Assembly (NCBI GenBank): GCA_046563655.1
Contig: CM102283.1
Location: forward strand, 9,548,001 to 9,612,000
Length of the DNA: 64,000 nt
Reading direction: 5' to 3'
Origin: Yuukianura sp. NJ FZ-2021
Taxonomy: Eukaryota
This document shows positions 1 through 13,675 of this stretch, in pieces (within the stretch, counting starts at the first letter, position 1; every line of letters begins with the position of its first letter). The position numbers were made by a program, and so were the translations under genes. The notes below the pieces were generated by a model. The model was not told the origin of the DNA. It did not search any database and saw only the letters and a list, made by a program, of their open reading frames with translations.

Positions 1-3000
1 CAAAAACACACCACTTTAGCCTAAACTGCACCAGGAAGTCAACTCTCCAAGGTCACACTTTCGCCAACTTCAAAAGTTAACCTTTGACCCGCCCTCCAAG
101 TGCTACGTTCAGTCTCCGGGTTAAAATTTAACCCATCTTGACAGTTACCCTGCGGGGCAAAACAGTAAGAAAAAGGAACCTATTGTTATCAAAAACCCAA
201 ACTATTTGAGGACAAAACGGAGGGAGTAACTATAATTCCCTAACCTGCTAAAGAAAAAGTATTTCTTTGTCTATCCACCTTGGAATAACTATAATTGTCT
301 GCACAAGTGGTTGTGACACAGCGGCGCAAAAGTCACGAGTCACACTGTCACAATTTGGACGAGGTCAATGTCCTCCAACTGTAAACAAACACTTGAATCA
401 CACTTCCAGTTAAATTTGTAACTGTATCTCACTGTTACACTCCATTGTAGTACAACTGACGCTGACTGTTCAAATGAATGGAAATCCAATGCCCATTTTG
501 GACTCAAACTAAAACGTAAGTACTTTTTAACTTTTGTTTTCAAAATATTTTGACACTTCGTGCCTTAAAAGGCAATTCAAACTTAATCTTGTGACGATTA
601 AATTTGTTGTTACTTTTGTTCCTAGTACAATTTTTTGCTAAGAGGTCAATGGTAATGATATACAACAAACATAACATTCCGTTTGTAAATGAATCAACTC
701 AGCACAAATTACAATATGTAATGTGTTTTGTGCCATTACTAAAAGTTCAAAAACTTATTTTTCTCCGAATGAGTTTGTTTATGATTTTGAAAAATACTGA
801 AAATGTCACGTTCATGTCACCACTTTTTAAATTTTGGCTCCAATGAGTCACTTTTGAAAAAAAAAACGTTTCCATTCTCCTCCGCTTCCTCATACTAGTC
901 TTCCTGTCTGTCGTTTTTTGTATGGAATGTTTTTTACTTAAATTTTACTGACGTAAATTTTTTGTACGTAAATCTTTACGGAGTAAATTTTTACGAAGTT
1001 ACGTGCCCTCATGAACTTCCGCCGAAGGTTCTGGTTGTGTGACCTCAGTTGACTCCGATCATCGTCAACTTGTCACCCTCCAAAATTTCGTCAATCTTTT
1101 TTCCATTTGAGCTTCTGTATCAACTTCCTCCGGTTACTCACCCCTCTGCAATGCATCTCCACACATACATGTACATACATGCATGCAAATGCTACACATT
1201 CATGTGGTGATGCACAACCTTTTAGTATTTTGGGATTCACCTAAAGTTCAAATCCATCCTAGGAATTGAGAGATACAAGGGCAAGGTCTGGTCATTGCCT
1301 TCTATATTTTTTGTAAAAGGTTGTGCCAAATTCGCAATTTTACTAGGAAGTTAGTCTGGAGGTGACAATGACACATTCATGAGTTGATCTTTACACTTGA
1401 CTTTTTGAATCTTGTTCACACCAGATCAAAATCAAACGTCAAAAATCCAATGAACTCAAAAAGCCTATAACGGTAATCCTCATCACAAAAAAAGAAGAAT
1501 TTTTTAGTCTCAAAAATGAATGAGGCACTAAAAAACTTTTTTTTTTGTGAGAATTTGATTGACACAAAGTTCATTCCTGAATTTATCAAAATGAGGAAGT
1601 TCAAAATTTTAATTTTTTGGCCTCCAGTCAATCCTGAGTGGGAAGAATGAAAATGAAAAGTGCATTTACTATGAGCAGAGATTCGGCAGAGGACTAAAAG
1701 AGCAAGAGAATATCTGGTCTAGATGCCATTGACCTCTACGTCTATATGAGTCTATAGTAACTTAGAGACTACAACTTATAGTACTTAATAGAAGCACCTA
1801 AAAAGCCTAACATTTCCATAATAATAATAACATAGACTCCTACTGCTGCGGTGGGATGATGTTTTAGGAATTATGCATCTCAAGTGTCAGGAAATAACAA
1901 AGTGATAACTTTACATTTGGCATCTATAGTTTCAGAGTCTATAATTCTATAGTCTTTATGAATCTATAGTCATAGTCTATAACTTTTGTTGCTAGAATTG
2001 GAATTAATCAAGTCAGAATCTCAATTAGTGTCAACTGACACTTTGACACTGGGCCCATCCCATTGATTTAATTTCATAACCACGCTGTACATGTACAGAG
2101 TGTTTCATATGTCATTTTTTCAAGGACTGTTATTATGCAATGATCTCCATTGTTCAAAAAACTTCAAAATTATGAATTACGATTTTCAAATTTTTAGAAA
2201 GTTGAAATTGACCGTAGAATAATTTACAATTTAGTATGTTGTGAAGTACAGTATGGTTCCCAATTATTAAGTCATCAATTTTGGTGCGGAAATTCAAAAG
2301 ACTAGAAACGAATTGAAGACTTTCTCTTTTTTCTATTTTTGTCTCGTCTTTGTGCCATTCATCTTCCAATTTCAAAAGACATTCAGGAAAGGGGTGAACG
2401 TCCTTTATAGCACTATGACTAAAATTTCTTGAAACTTCAAAATTTTATAATGTATATATAAATATGAAATTTATAAAATATAATATACATACAAGAGAAA
2501 AGTACGGTTAGGTAAGAAGTACAAAGTCTATGGTCTTAGTTTCAATTCTAAAAGCAGTTTCGCAAAATTTTGATCACGTTCTTATTAAGATTCGCACAAA
2601 ATTTAATCTCATGAAAGGAAAAAATAAGATTTTGCACGTAGAGATTAAGTTAAGCTTTGCTTACAAACATTAGCTCAACTTTTTAATCCAAAAACCACGC
2701 ATAGAGCATAGCGTAGCGAAATGTACAAGACGTTCCACAAATTTTGGCAAAATTTACTTCAAAATCTGTAAAGTTCAAAGATGTACAATTTCAGCATTTA
2801 GTGAGAATGAATTGAGTTTAATTTCAATTAGGTTTTAATTTGCATCATTTGCGGTCATGGGTCAAGCACAAGTTTTTTGGTTTTCAGTTTCTCATGTGTC
2901 AATACGGAAATCAAAAATTAATTAGGTCAATGCGCGGTTTTGACTTTCAGTTTAAGCTGAAGTTCAATTTAATATTTTCAACTTGGTTTTTCATGTATTA

Positions 3001-4260
3001 AACGTTTCGTTTTTGCACAAGTCAATGAAATTTAAAACCAAATTTAGTTAATTTAATTAAGTTTAAATTAAAAATCGACAAGTTCAAAGTTGAGGTTGAT
3101 TGACATTTTAGGAAAATTTTGAAGTTGTGAGAAACCATTTGTGGCGTCCTTGTGTTTTTGTGAATGAAAAATTTAAGAAGATTAGACTAAAATTTTGTAA
3201 AGTTGAAAAGTTGAATGTCCTTGTTGCCCTTTGCACTTCGTAAATTGAGATTTATGTTTTAATCTACTTAACTTTAATTGTGCATTAGCAAAGCACAGCT
3301 GCTGCACCAGATTTTAATTAAACTTTGTTTTTGAAAAAAGCTAAAAGTATAAAAACTAATTCAGAAAACGAAGTATGGATTCTTTTGTTCTCTTAATTTT
3401 TTACCTTGACTCTCTTCCTTTTGTATTGCGAAATCAATTTTCGTTTCCGGGCAACCAGAGGCATTAGAACAACTATTTTTGGCACCAGATTTCAAAAGGA
3501 AATGATCATGAAAAAAAAACTTTGTTTTCACTAAAAACTTATGAAGTAACAAAAAATCTTTTGTCACTGTGTGATATGTTGTACAGAAGAAATCACTTTT
3601 TGTCACTCACTTTGACTAGAGGTGCCCTTGGACTTTAACGGGTTTTTTAAATTTGAATTTTGTACCGTTTCCTAAAAATTAATTTTAGTAAAATTAAATT
3701 ATGCCCAAATTATTGCACATGTCTTTTGTTAATTTTAATTTAATTGTAACTTTTTAGAAAGAGGCCACAACGAAAGAACCCTCAAACAAACTTTTGCATT
3801 TCGAAATTGCAATTCTGCATTTCAAATAACTTCAAAGTTTCCGTGATTTCTAATTATCATATTCAAAAATTTTTAACTCAAAAAATATATCTAAAAAACC
3901 ACAATAGGTTTCACTTTCTTTTAAAATTTGCCGCCTTCCACGATTTGGCCTCGACCTGTCAGTTTCTCAGAAAATTCAATTTTCAAAAAATGTAATTTTT
4001 CCTACTTTTTGTAAAATTGCATGTGAAAAATGCAGTTTTTGAAATAATGCTACTAATTTGCATTGCCTCTTATTTGCTTTAATGTTAAAAACCTTTGTTT
4101 AATTCATTTTCTTCTTTTCAAGGGCAAGTTGGTCAGAATTTCAAATTTTGTTTTCTTAAGCATTGCAAATTTGCAAAACAGCAAAAAATAGGACATGTTT
4201 TTGCTGTTTTGTCAATGATAGAAGATGAACTGATTAATTTTAAATGAAGGAGTGAAGGTG

Positions 4261-4281
4261 AGGTCAAGGGGTCAATGACCC
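4261..4281. promoter_or_regulatory. Composite nuclear-receptor element: DR2 plus perfect IR1 (AGGTCA-ag-GGGTCA-a-TGACCC)
   Basis: Sequence aggtcaaggggtcaatgaccc. IR1 is the canonical EcR/USP element geometry. Confidence 0.6.
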
Positions 4282-5055
4282 TTTAGCCCTTGAACAATTT
4301 AACTTCCATTGTTAACGTACCTTACATCATAAATTTAGCATAACTTAATTTTTGCTTTGACTCAATGAACTTTACAAAAGAAAAAGGATTTGTTATGGTA
4401 AAGAGAGCGCTAGAACTTAAGTGTCTCCACGCACTATTAGTTTGACTTTGATTGTTCCGTGACGAATCGATTACTTCTTGTCGATTTTTTGAAATCGAAA
4501 TCCATTTAGTAAGCAATAAGTTAATGATTACTGAGATGTTAAGTTGTTGAAGGATGGTGTTTCATAAGTTCCTGCCTGTCTAAAGTATACTGAAATGGAA
4601 AGTGTGTCAGGAATGACGTGAGAAGATAAAGTTCATCTCAGGATAAATCTCTAAAGCTCATCTCCAAAACTAGAGCACACTTCAGCCAGAGGATATTTTT
4701 CAGAAAAGTTTTTCAAAAATTAACATTTCAACTTTAGTACAAAACATGCCAAAATTGTCTATTTTGAACTTTATATTTTGACTGGACAAAATTATGAGCG
4801 GGAATGCAAACTTTTGAACTTTTAATTAAATTTTAGACGGTAGTGTTTGAACTGTACTAAAAGTGCTTTTAGGCAAAGGTCATTCACCTCGTCTTTCAAG
4901 TTTAGAAATGAAATTTTGAAAATGTGTTTCGAAATAGAAATTTTGAAAATAAGGGGACTTAAAGGTCAAAGGAGCTTTGTCTAAATTTGGGTTTGGAAAA
5001 TTTCATTGAAAGAAGTGCGTCCGAGTAGAATTTGTGATTAAAAAGTTTTATGCAG

Positions 5056-5068
5056 AGGTCATTGACCT
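5056..5068. promoter_or_regulatory. Perfect IR1/PAL1 ecdysone response element (AGGTCA-t-TGACCT)
   Basis: Exact match to the idealised EcRE palindrome. Confidence 0.65.
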
Positions 5069-5152
5069 GTTGCGTGCTCAATTTCTCCAGAGGTATTCCG
5101 TTTCTGAATTAAATTCTAAGCACTTTCAATTTAATCAAATTCTTCAAAATCT

Positions 5153-5168
5153 CCAAGGTCAATGACCT
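5153..5168. promoter_or_regulatory. Perfect IR1 EcRE overlapping an FTZ-F1/NR5A-type site (CCAAGGTCA-a-TGACCT)
   Basis: ccaaggtcaatgacct. The IR1 starts at 5156, exactly 100 bp after the one at 5056. Confidence 0.65.
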
Positions 5169-5590
5169 TTTCAAAATTTAAAACAAAACAGACATTCTTT
5201 TGTTTTCTGCCGTTGTTTCTATCGTCGATATTACTCAAAATTTGAATTGAAAAAAAAAGCTTCTTTGATTTTTTGTAGAATTAAATTTCTAACAATTTCG
5301 TTTCAATCGATTGGAGTAAAGTGGCCGTTTTTGAACAAAAATTTTTGTTTGAAAATTTGAAAATAGAATTTTGAAACACAGTTAGACCTTCACATTACTT
5401 TTCCCTATTTGCTTTTCCAAAAGTTCCGTTTAGTTTAGAGGCGTATTACGGTAACTCTTTATTTTTGGATTTTGAAAAAAGAGGTTAAGGTTTTGTGAGA
5501 GTCCTTTCCCTGTTCCGTTACATCTTTGATTGATTCCTACCCTTAAGGGCCCCCTCATCATCCCTCAATAATCTACCAACATAGACTATT

Positions 5591-5650
5591 CAAGTACTGC
5601 TATTTAGCAGCATATACTGCCAAGTACTGCTATTTAGCAGCATATACTGC
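5591..5650. repeat. Exact 30-bp tandem duplication
   Basis: caagtactgctatttagcagcatatactgc at 5591-5620 and 5621-5650. Confidence 0.95.
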
Positions 5651-8600
5651 TTAGAAAACTGTGATTATGCCACTGATCCAAGTACCCCCCCCCCTTAAGG
5701 GTTGGGGGCACTTGACCTACCTTCTGGAACAAATTTACAACCGGGTTTCAAAGGGGTGCAATTCAAAAGGAATTCCAAGTGCACAGCATGTCATCTCTCT
5801 TCTGGAACTTTCAAAAAAGGTTTTTTTAGTTTTTAAAAAAGAGTTTTCTAAAAAAAAACGAGTTTTTTGAACAGAAGATGATGAGGTGGGCGGAAAGAGT
5901 TAAGGCCTCTATTCTTCCTTAGACAAAGGGGACTTAAGGGCTCTCTCCAAATGTAGGTCAGTTCCCAACGCAATTCGAACAGTCCGCGTCGGTTGCTCTT
6001 GAAACCGAAGCGGTCCGCACGTTTTCCCGCCATGTGACCTTAAGGTGTGCGGTATTTTTAACTTGAAACTTTCACTGTTACAAAAAAAAAACTGTGACTG
6101 TTTCAAGAAAAAGAAGGGTTATGTCCAGTGAAATTGAAAATTGAGGACAAGGGCCCTGGGCCCTTCAAAATTCCAATTTAAGTACCCGCCCTTTTTAAAC
6201 TTTTAAACTTGCCGGACTTGACTGTTGACCATGGACATTATGGTGAATGGCCGGAACTGACTGTGGACACGTCGCCACCTAAAACCTTGACATGGTTACA
6301 CTGTCACTTTAGTTCTGTTCCTGCCTCATCAATTCAACATTTCAAATCTCCCTCTCTCTTTGCCTGCCCTCAATTTAAAAATTTTAGTTTTCGCACCGCA
6401 CAAATTGCTTCCGTTGCAAATGGCTAAAAAGTGCAGTTGTCTAAAAAATTTTAACGGCACATTATAATAGCACAGTTAGCACGAAAAACTGGAGTTGAAT
6501 CATCGTTTTATGCTGAGCAACATCAAAAATCCCATACACGTAGTAATTGTTATTCAACACTATGCATATTGCAGTGGACACGTTCTATCTGATATGATCA
6601 TGATGACAGAGGCGGTCAAATTTAAAAAATTCAAAATTTAAAAAAAGATGACACAAGTCATTCTGTTACTGCGTTTCACTTCTTTTTTAAAAACTTTGAC
6701 AATGATGAAACATGTGAAGTTGAAATGTGGGTCAACTGAATGTCTAAGTAGCATTTGTATCTGGATAACCAAAGGACTCTTGCCCTTTGACATGCACGAA
6801 CTTTTTTAAATTCAGAGGCGGCAATCCTCTCTTTTTTGAAAAACAAACACGAATTTAAATAATTATCATAGCACTTGTACTAAAACGGGATTTTTTTTTG
6901 GTTTTAGATTTTGAAAGAAAAGCTTGGAGCCAATCCACGCCCATTCCGCGTAACCACATCTTCATCAAATCACGACAACGTAAGTTTTTCAAAAAAAGTT
7001 TTTTGAATGCTTAATTCAACCTTTTTTGAATGTTTAATTCGAGCTTTTTGAATTTTTAAAACAAACGTTTTCTTTTCAAATGTGGAGATTTGTATTAAAA
7101 TTAATTGAAAAATGAGATCTGAAAAGATGAAATTGGAGACAGGATGAGTTTAATTTTTCAAAATTTCTTTGTATAGAGTGCAGATGTGTTTGTGGCGCTG
7201 AAATTGTGAGTTGTTGAAATATTGAAAAGTCCATCCAGAGTTTATGTGCGTTTTGGCATGCTAAAGTGAGCTTATGGGAGGATGTTTTAGCGTGACCTAG
7301 TTTCATTGAGAAGGCCGTCGACCTTTAGACCATACTTGAGCCTAGTCCAAATTAACCCTAACAGAACTTATTCCGTTCGTTCCATTTATGGCACTCCAGA
7401 CTATTCTAACTGTAATGAGGACCATGCTGTACAAAATGTACCAAATGTACCACTAGTAACATGCATTTCGACGCAGGGAAATGGCCAGCACAAATTTTGA
7501 AAGAAAAAGTTTTGATAAATTTCTAAATTGATACCATTTTTTCTAACATTTTTATAGTAACTAGCATTGTGATTAAATTTGATGTAAATTTTGTTTTTGA
7601 AATTTCAAATTTCGAAATTTTGAATTTTGTTATTTTTGGCAAGTAGTCAACTTTTTGCATACAATGGTAAATGATGTTGGGTTTACCGGATGAGCAGAGG
7701 AAGACTAACGTTTTGTTTTCTAGAAGGAATTTAGGTTATGAAAGCACATTTCATTTTTCAAAATTTTGCGTGCCAAAATTTTTTTTTGTTGTCGCTGTCT
7801 GCTAGTTTACTTTTGCAGGTATTCTAGCATCATCAAAATCAGTTGAAAAAAAACGAGCAGGTCAAAGTTCATGACCTACAAAATAATTTCATGAAAAAAA
7901 GACAAATTTTTGAATTCATTACATCATTGTAATCAAGTGCAGCTTTTAACACATAAAATGCAAACGTTGTGCTCTTGATTATAAAAATCAAAACCAGTTT
8001 TACATTCCCATGAGATAACTTTCTTGTTTTCTCATTTTGGTGTGACAAATTACGTTTTTTGTAACTTTTTTTTTGAATCGAGTCTCACGTAGCTTCCTTT
8101 GTAACTGAAGATGAATGGAAGAAAGTGAAAGTGTGAAAAATTATGTAAAGAAAAAACAGATTCTGTTTTGCAATTCAAGTGTTACAGCTTAATCCTCCCA
8201 TCACATCTTCCTCTTCACTTCCTGCTACATGACACAGAGACTAAAAAACTTAAAACTGAGTACTAAAACCCAAACTGTTTGTGCAATTGTTACGTTTCGA
8301 ACATGATTTAGGAGTTTTCAGCACTCGAACATAGTTTTGGTTGAGAGCGGGAGTAAACAAAGCATTTGTTATCTAACTCTCTACATGTAATCAACCTACA
8401 TTTGAACAGCATTTCAAAAAGTAAAGAGTGTTCAGTGTACTCAACACTGTGTCCCATGTACTCAAAGCGGTTTTAACCCTCTACCAACACACAGTTCAAT
8501 CACCTACACCCACAATGGCCATGCACTACATTCACTCTTTCCAAATTTCAAAAAAAAAAGTTAGACTTTACGCCATTTCAAAAAAATTTAAATGAGAATT

Positions 8601-8687
8601 ATAATTTTTTGAAGATTTTATAAGTTTGTTTAACGTTTGCCTGTTCAAATTCAAATTTGACTTCTGAAATTTTGAATTTTTGCAAGC

Positions 8688-8892
8688 GTGAAAGTGTAAA
8701 ATTTAAAAGTGCATAATCTAAAAATGTAAAAACGTAAAATGTAAGAATGCAAAAATGTAAAAATGTAGTGAAGAATCTAAAAATGTAAAGTGCAGAATGC
8801 AAAAGTGTGAAAATGTAAAGTGCAGAATGCAAAAGTGTGAAAATGTAAAGTGGAGAATGTAAAAGTGTGAAAATGTGAGTGTGTGTAAAATT
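8688..8892. repeat. Degenerate (aaaatgt)n minisatellite with three 30-bp units
   Basis: aaatgtaaagtgcagaatgcaaaagtgtga repeated at ~8782-8870 inside a longer aaaatgt-rich tract. Confidence 0.85.
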
Positions 8893-11800
8893 GAGTGTCT
8901 TTTCCTTGTGAACTTAAATAGGTGGCGTCCTTGCCATTTTTTGTGGCTCGATTACAAAAGTAGTTTGAGTATTGAGGGATAAGAGGAGTTCAACGACTCT
9001 CCCAGGGTTATGGCCTACTAACTTCCAAATCCTTGTCAACGCTGATAACCAAAAAAAATATTTTTAGTCGTTACGACATCTACTAGTACTCAAATTCGAC
9101 ATTTTTCAAAAATCAATTTTTGGGCATTGGTTTTACTCAAATTTCGACAGATACTCAAGTATTTCCTTGAAAACTTTCTCTTCATTGTTGTAAACTGACA
9201 AAGACTAAATGACGTCCATTGCTAAAAAGTTATTTGGAGGGTGTGAATCAAAATTGACGTGTTACAACTTCCAGCATGCATCATCATATTTCATTGTTTC
9301 AAATTTTAGTTTTGACTTTCACATTTCAACTCTCATGTTTCAAAATTTTATGACCACAGGACAATAGAAACCCATAAAAGTTTTTTATTTACATATTTGA
9401 TTTAAATTGTCAATTTAGCCCTGATTTTTAAGTTTCTCAATTCGACTGCTGGGTTAAGGCTAAAATCAATTTCATTCTCAGGAATTTGTGACGCACAAGT
9501 GAAAGCATCAGAAATTCAAAACTCAAAATTTTCAAAAATAGAAAAAAATTGACAAATTTTCTTTTGTTGTTAGCTTTCTAATAATAAATGATGCTAAATT
9601 GGGAAATAAGGGGAGCATTGCAGCATGAAATTTGAGCTCAACTTCAAAGAATCAAAAGAATCCTCGTGCTGTAATCTTAAATTTCAAATTTTCCTGCTCT
9701 GCTTGAGCAGTTTTTTGAAATTATAATTTGGCAACTTCACGTGGACTACTATGTGAAACGATTGTTCAATATTTTGTGACTCTTTTTCAAAAAAAAATAC
9801 TTCAAAAAAACTTTTTCAGTTTCAAAATAACTTTGATTTACGCACACAAAATGACAAAAAATCAAAGTCAATACCATTCTCACGTTTCCAACGTACGACA
9901 ATTTATTTTTAATTTCCCGTTTTTGCTTTTGAAATCTTATGTTTTTGAACTTGTTTTTAAATAAAGTTTGGTTCATATTCATTAGACGAAGACGCAAAAG
10001 TAGATTTTGGCACTTTAGACTGTACTGTATAAAAGTGTTAGGATTTAGAAGCTTATGCTCTTCTATTTGCAAAGGTCATTGCATCCACTGAACAAAAGTA
10101 GGTCAACGTAGTATATCCTCCTGACTCCTCCCACCCCCACCCACTTAGCCCCACCCCCTCCCCCTACCCCCCAACTTCCTTAATACACAGACTAAACCCC
10201 TCTTCACTCTCGCTTTCTTCTTGGAACTTTGGGACCACGCTGTACAATGTACAGTTTGTCCCATTTCCACTAGCTTTTAGCCGCTAAGTCTTTCCAGAAC
10301 TTCGTCACGGCATGGGGGCATCAGAGTTCATTTCTATTTGGGTCTCTAAGCCCGAAAAACCCCGAAAAAACCCGAATTCCATCTCATTGAACTCTCTTTC
10401 TCTCCCGGCTTCTTGTGCAAAACTGGAAGGTTTAGCATTAGACCAAAATCTGTGTCGAGCGTTGAACTCAACCTCAATTGAGAAGGTTGCGTGGGCTTTT
10501 GTAGTTTTTAGCACGAAAGAAGCTGGATTTGGGGCCAACAGCTTTTCAAAAAAGTCTGTTTGAACATGAACCCAGGACGAAACGCCCTAAATAAAAAACA
10601 AAAGTAACAATAAACTTTTTATAAAAAAGAGTGGGATGCAATAAGGCCTTGCGACACACGATGTGACCTCTGCAGTGTTCGTTGCTCCCAGAGTCGAAGG
10701 TACTCTTGACATCTTTGATCAATTCAAACATTCAGGGCCAACGTCAATTCTTCTCTCACTAAAAATCATCATCATCATCGCATCATCATCTTCATCATCA
10801 TGATGACTCGAGTGTGGAAGCATCATCTTTTGTTGCTCATTGTCTCCTGGGGTTGCAAATTTAGAAATTAGCAAATTTGGACATTCGGGATTTGCAAATT
10901 TAGAAATTAGCAAATTTAAACTTTCGGGATTTGTCAACGTTTAGTTTTTTAAAAAAAATGATGAGCCTCTGCTATTTGTTGAGTTTTTTGAATTTTGCCG
11001 CTCCGGGAATGGGTTCAGGTCAAGTGAATTGAGAGCACGAGACAAAATTCATCCATCTCTGTCGTGTTTTTTTGACAGGTCACTTGCTTCGAACTTTCAA
11101 AAAAAAAGTTGGCAACTAGATCCGAATTCGGTGTAAAAGAAATGTCGGCGACGAGTTCAGTGACAAGGTTCTCATTTTGCTAAAAAGTGTGACACTTCCT
11201 TACAACAAATCGTGTCACTTCAAAAAAAGCGGGATTTTTTCAAAAAAGTTTTTGTGCATGGTTAGGAACGAGTTAGTTGAAAAACGGAAGCTTAGAAGAT
11301 TGAAGAGGATGTTAAAAAAATGAGGTCAACGGATTTTTAGCTGAGACTAGAAATTCAAAAGCTTTTTGTTCAATTCAACCAAACGTTTAGAACAAAAAGT
11401 TTAATTCAAACTTTTTTTGAAAATGTGTCTACTAAAATGGACTTTTGACATTTGACCTTTTGTGTTAACTCGTAAATTTAAATGACACAAATTGCTAAGT
11501 TCTGCGCATGGTCACCACTAACTGTAATCATGGCCATGTATTTGTCAACAGAAGAAATTGAAAGTATGATTGACGGTTTGTGCTCATGTTTACTCAAGAA
11601 CGTTAACAATTTGAGGTTACGGACGCATGAAGTCTATAAGTCTATAAGTGTCAAAAAGACTATAAGATGCTAAAAGACGTTAGGCGTTTCAAATTTCCTA
11701 AACCGCGAACATCCCACTTATCAGCGTATTAGTCTCCACCAAGTCCGTGACCCCTAGGCTTCTTTTCAGTGTTTAACCACACATCAAAAGTAAAAACCCG

Positions 11801-13394
11801 ATGGGTTTCAAGGTTTAATTGGCAAGGTTGTTAATTTAATGTGGTGGGTGAGGGCATCTTCCAGTTTAAAAAAAAACACGCCTGTTCGCAGTTCATTCAA
11901 AACCGCGGATTTTTTTTTGAATTTTGGTTTGGTCTAAACGTCTAGACATCGGACAAGTTCAGTTGTTGATTGAACTAGAGTGACATTTTGTGATGCTGCT
12001 TAAAAGTCATTTTGTACTTGCGCAGTACTTGTTCCATTGTTAAAAGCAATGACTATGTTAGTTGTACTTTGTGATAGTTCTGGAAGAGCCATTAAAACCT
12101 TGTTCAAGGAAACGAATTGTCTTGACCTACATTTTCCCTTTCGTCGATCATTACTCTCTGTTCTTCAATAACTTCAAAGTTTCCAGAGTGTCAAGTGAAT
12201 AACACAAAGCACTTCGTTTTCTAAACTCCGCTTTTTCAAAATTTCATACAAAAAAATCAGGCACAAAGTGATTAATTTTGAAACAAAGAGAAGTCAACAA
12301 CTAAAGCCGTAAACTCCGTGAAAGTTTTCGTTTTTCAAGAAACATTTCTAGGTTGCCGGCAGTTTTAAATTTTTCCAAACGCTGATAGCCAAGTGCCAAA
12401 TTTTTTTTAGAAACAGTGCGAAGTCAATGAGTTTCGTACTAGGATTATTTGAAAATCGTACATTTTTTGAAAATTCAAAATTTGGAAAAAGTGGCAAAGG
12501 TTAGACAAAATTGTAAGTCTGACATACTTGAACTGTTAAATTTTGAAAAGAAATGAATGAATGTAAAATGCAATTAGGGTGATGACGTGCTGACTTAGTT
12601 TTTCAAAAAAGTTGAACAATGGAACAACAGTTCCAGAAAATTTACAGTTAGGTCTTCCGACGACCCCTGTCAAAAAAAGACATGTTGACAGACACGGAAA
12701 TGACTTCATCCTGGGAACATCGTTTTTTAAAATTTTGTTTTTTAACAAAAACAAATTTTCAAAGTCGAGAAATGGTCAGGTCATTGTCAACGTGCATTGA
12801 CCTTTTCCTAAATCCGACATTTTCAAACTCCTGATGGACCGAAAACAATTTTTGAAAAACTTTTATGATCCTGTGAAAATTTTAGAAATTTGAAGTAATC
12901 ATAAAACTGTCCCTAGTTTTGTGCGTTTCCTGGTTCCGTTGGGTTCTGTTTAAAAAATCAGGAAGGTCATAACAAGGCACATGCCGAGGTCAACGGTCAG
13001 CCAAAGTGCGTGTTCAAACGGTTTCGTTTTTTGAAAAGCTAGTTTCAAAATAATAAAACCAAATTATGTGCGTCCTTAAAATTTTAGTGTTTTTAGTAAC
13101 GCGTTTCACAGATCACCAAATAATTAACAAAAGTATCTAAAAAGTAAAAGTAGAAGCTAAAAGTTCATTACAGTTAACCTTTACTTATTAGTTATTTTTT
13201 TGAAATTTTAGTTTTTTGAATCTATATGACATAAAATGTCTCACGCAATGTCATAAAAGTGTTTCACTTTTTGTTATTTCCGTTTACAACTTTTTTTGAA
13301 AATTTATGACTCCTGTTTTTTTTATACTTTGGTCGAAATTTTATGGACAAGAGAACAGTTTTTGTAAACTGTATTTTTTTGTTCTGTTTTTTAG

Positions 13395-13675
13395 GTTGGT
13401 CCAGGAAGTGTAGGATTTGTTGTGTTGAAGGCGGAGTTCGTTGAACTTGATCCGTGAGAACCGAATCGATCTTTGCGTGGAGAAAGTCTTTTTGCCTTCA
13501 CTCCAGCATCTCCTTGCACCTCCAGCATCAGCATCAGCATCACCATCCAGAAGTTCAAGGGATTCGTGAAAAGGAAAATCAATTGCATCACTCGCGGGAG
13601 CATTGACCTCCGCTATGCTATAGACAGTATCTCCTCCAGCATTCTATGAAAACCTAAGGATTTCAGCCATGAAAG
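13395..13675 (+). other. HR4: Putative alternative upstream HR4 exon (mostly 5' UTR, ends with ATG AAA G)
   Basis: Pyrimidine-rich acceptor ...gttctgttttttag| at 13394. Donor AAG|GTCAGT after 13675. GCC-ATG at 13669 has an in-frame stop upstream (13621). The phase-1 end joins in frame to exon 23300 ([13 protein letters not shown]). Confidence 0.55.

Noticed and set aside
10765-10830. Poly-Asp/Met or poly-His/Ser coding tract
   Set aside because: An (atc)n microsatellite without supporting splice sites or homology.
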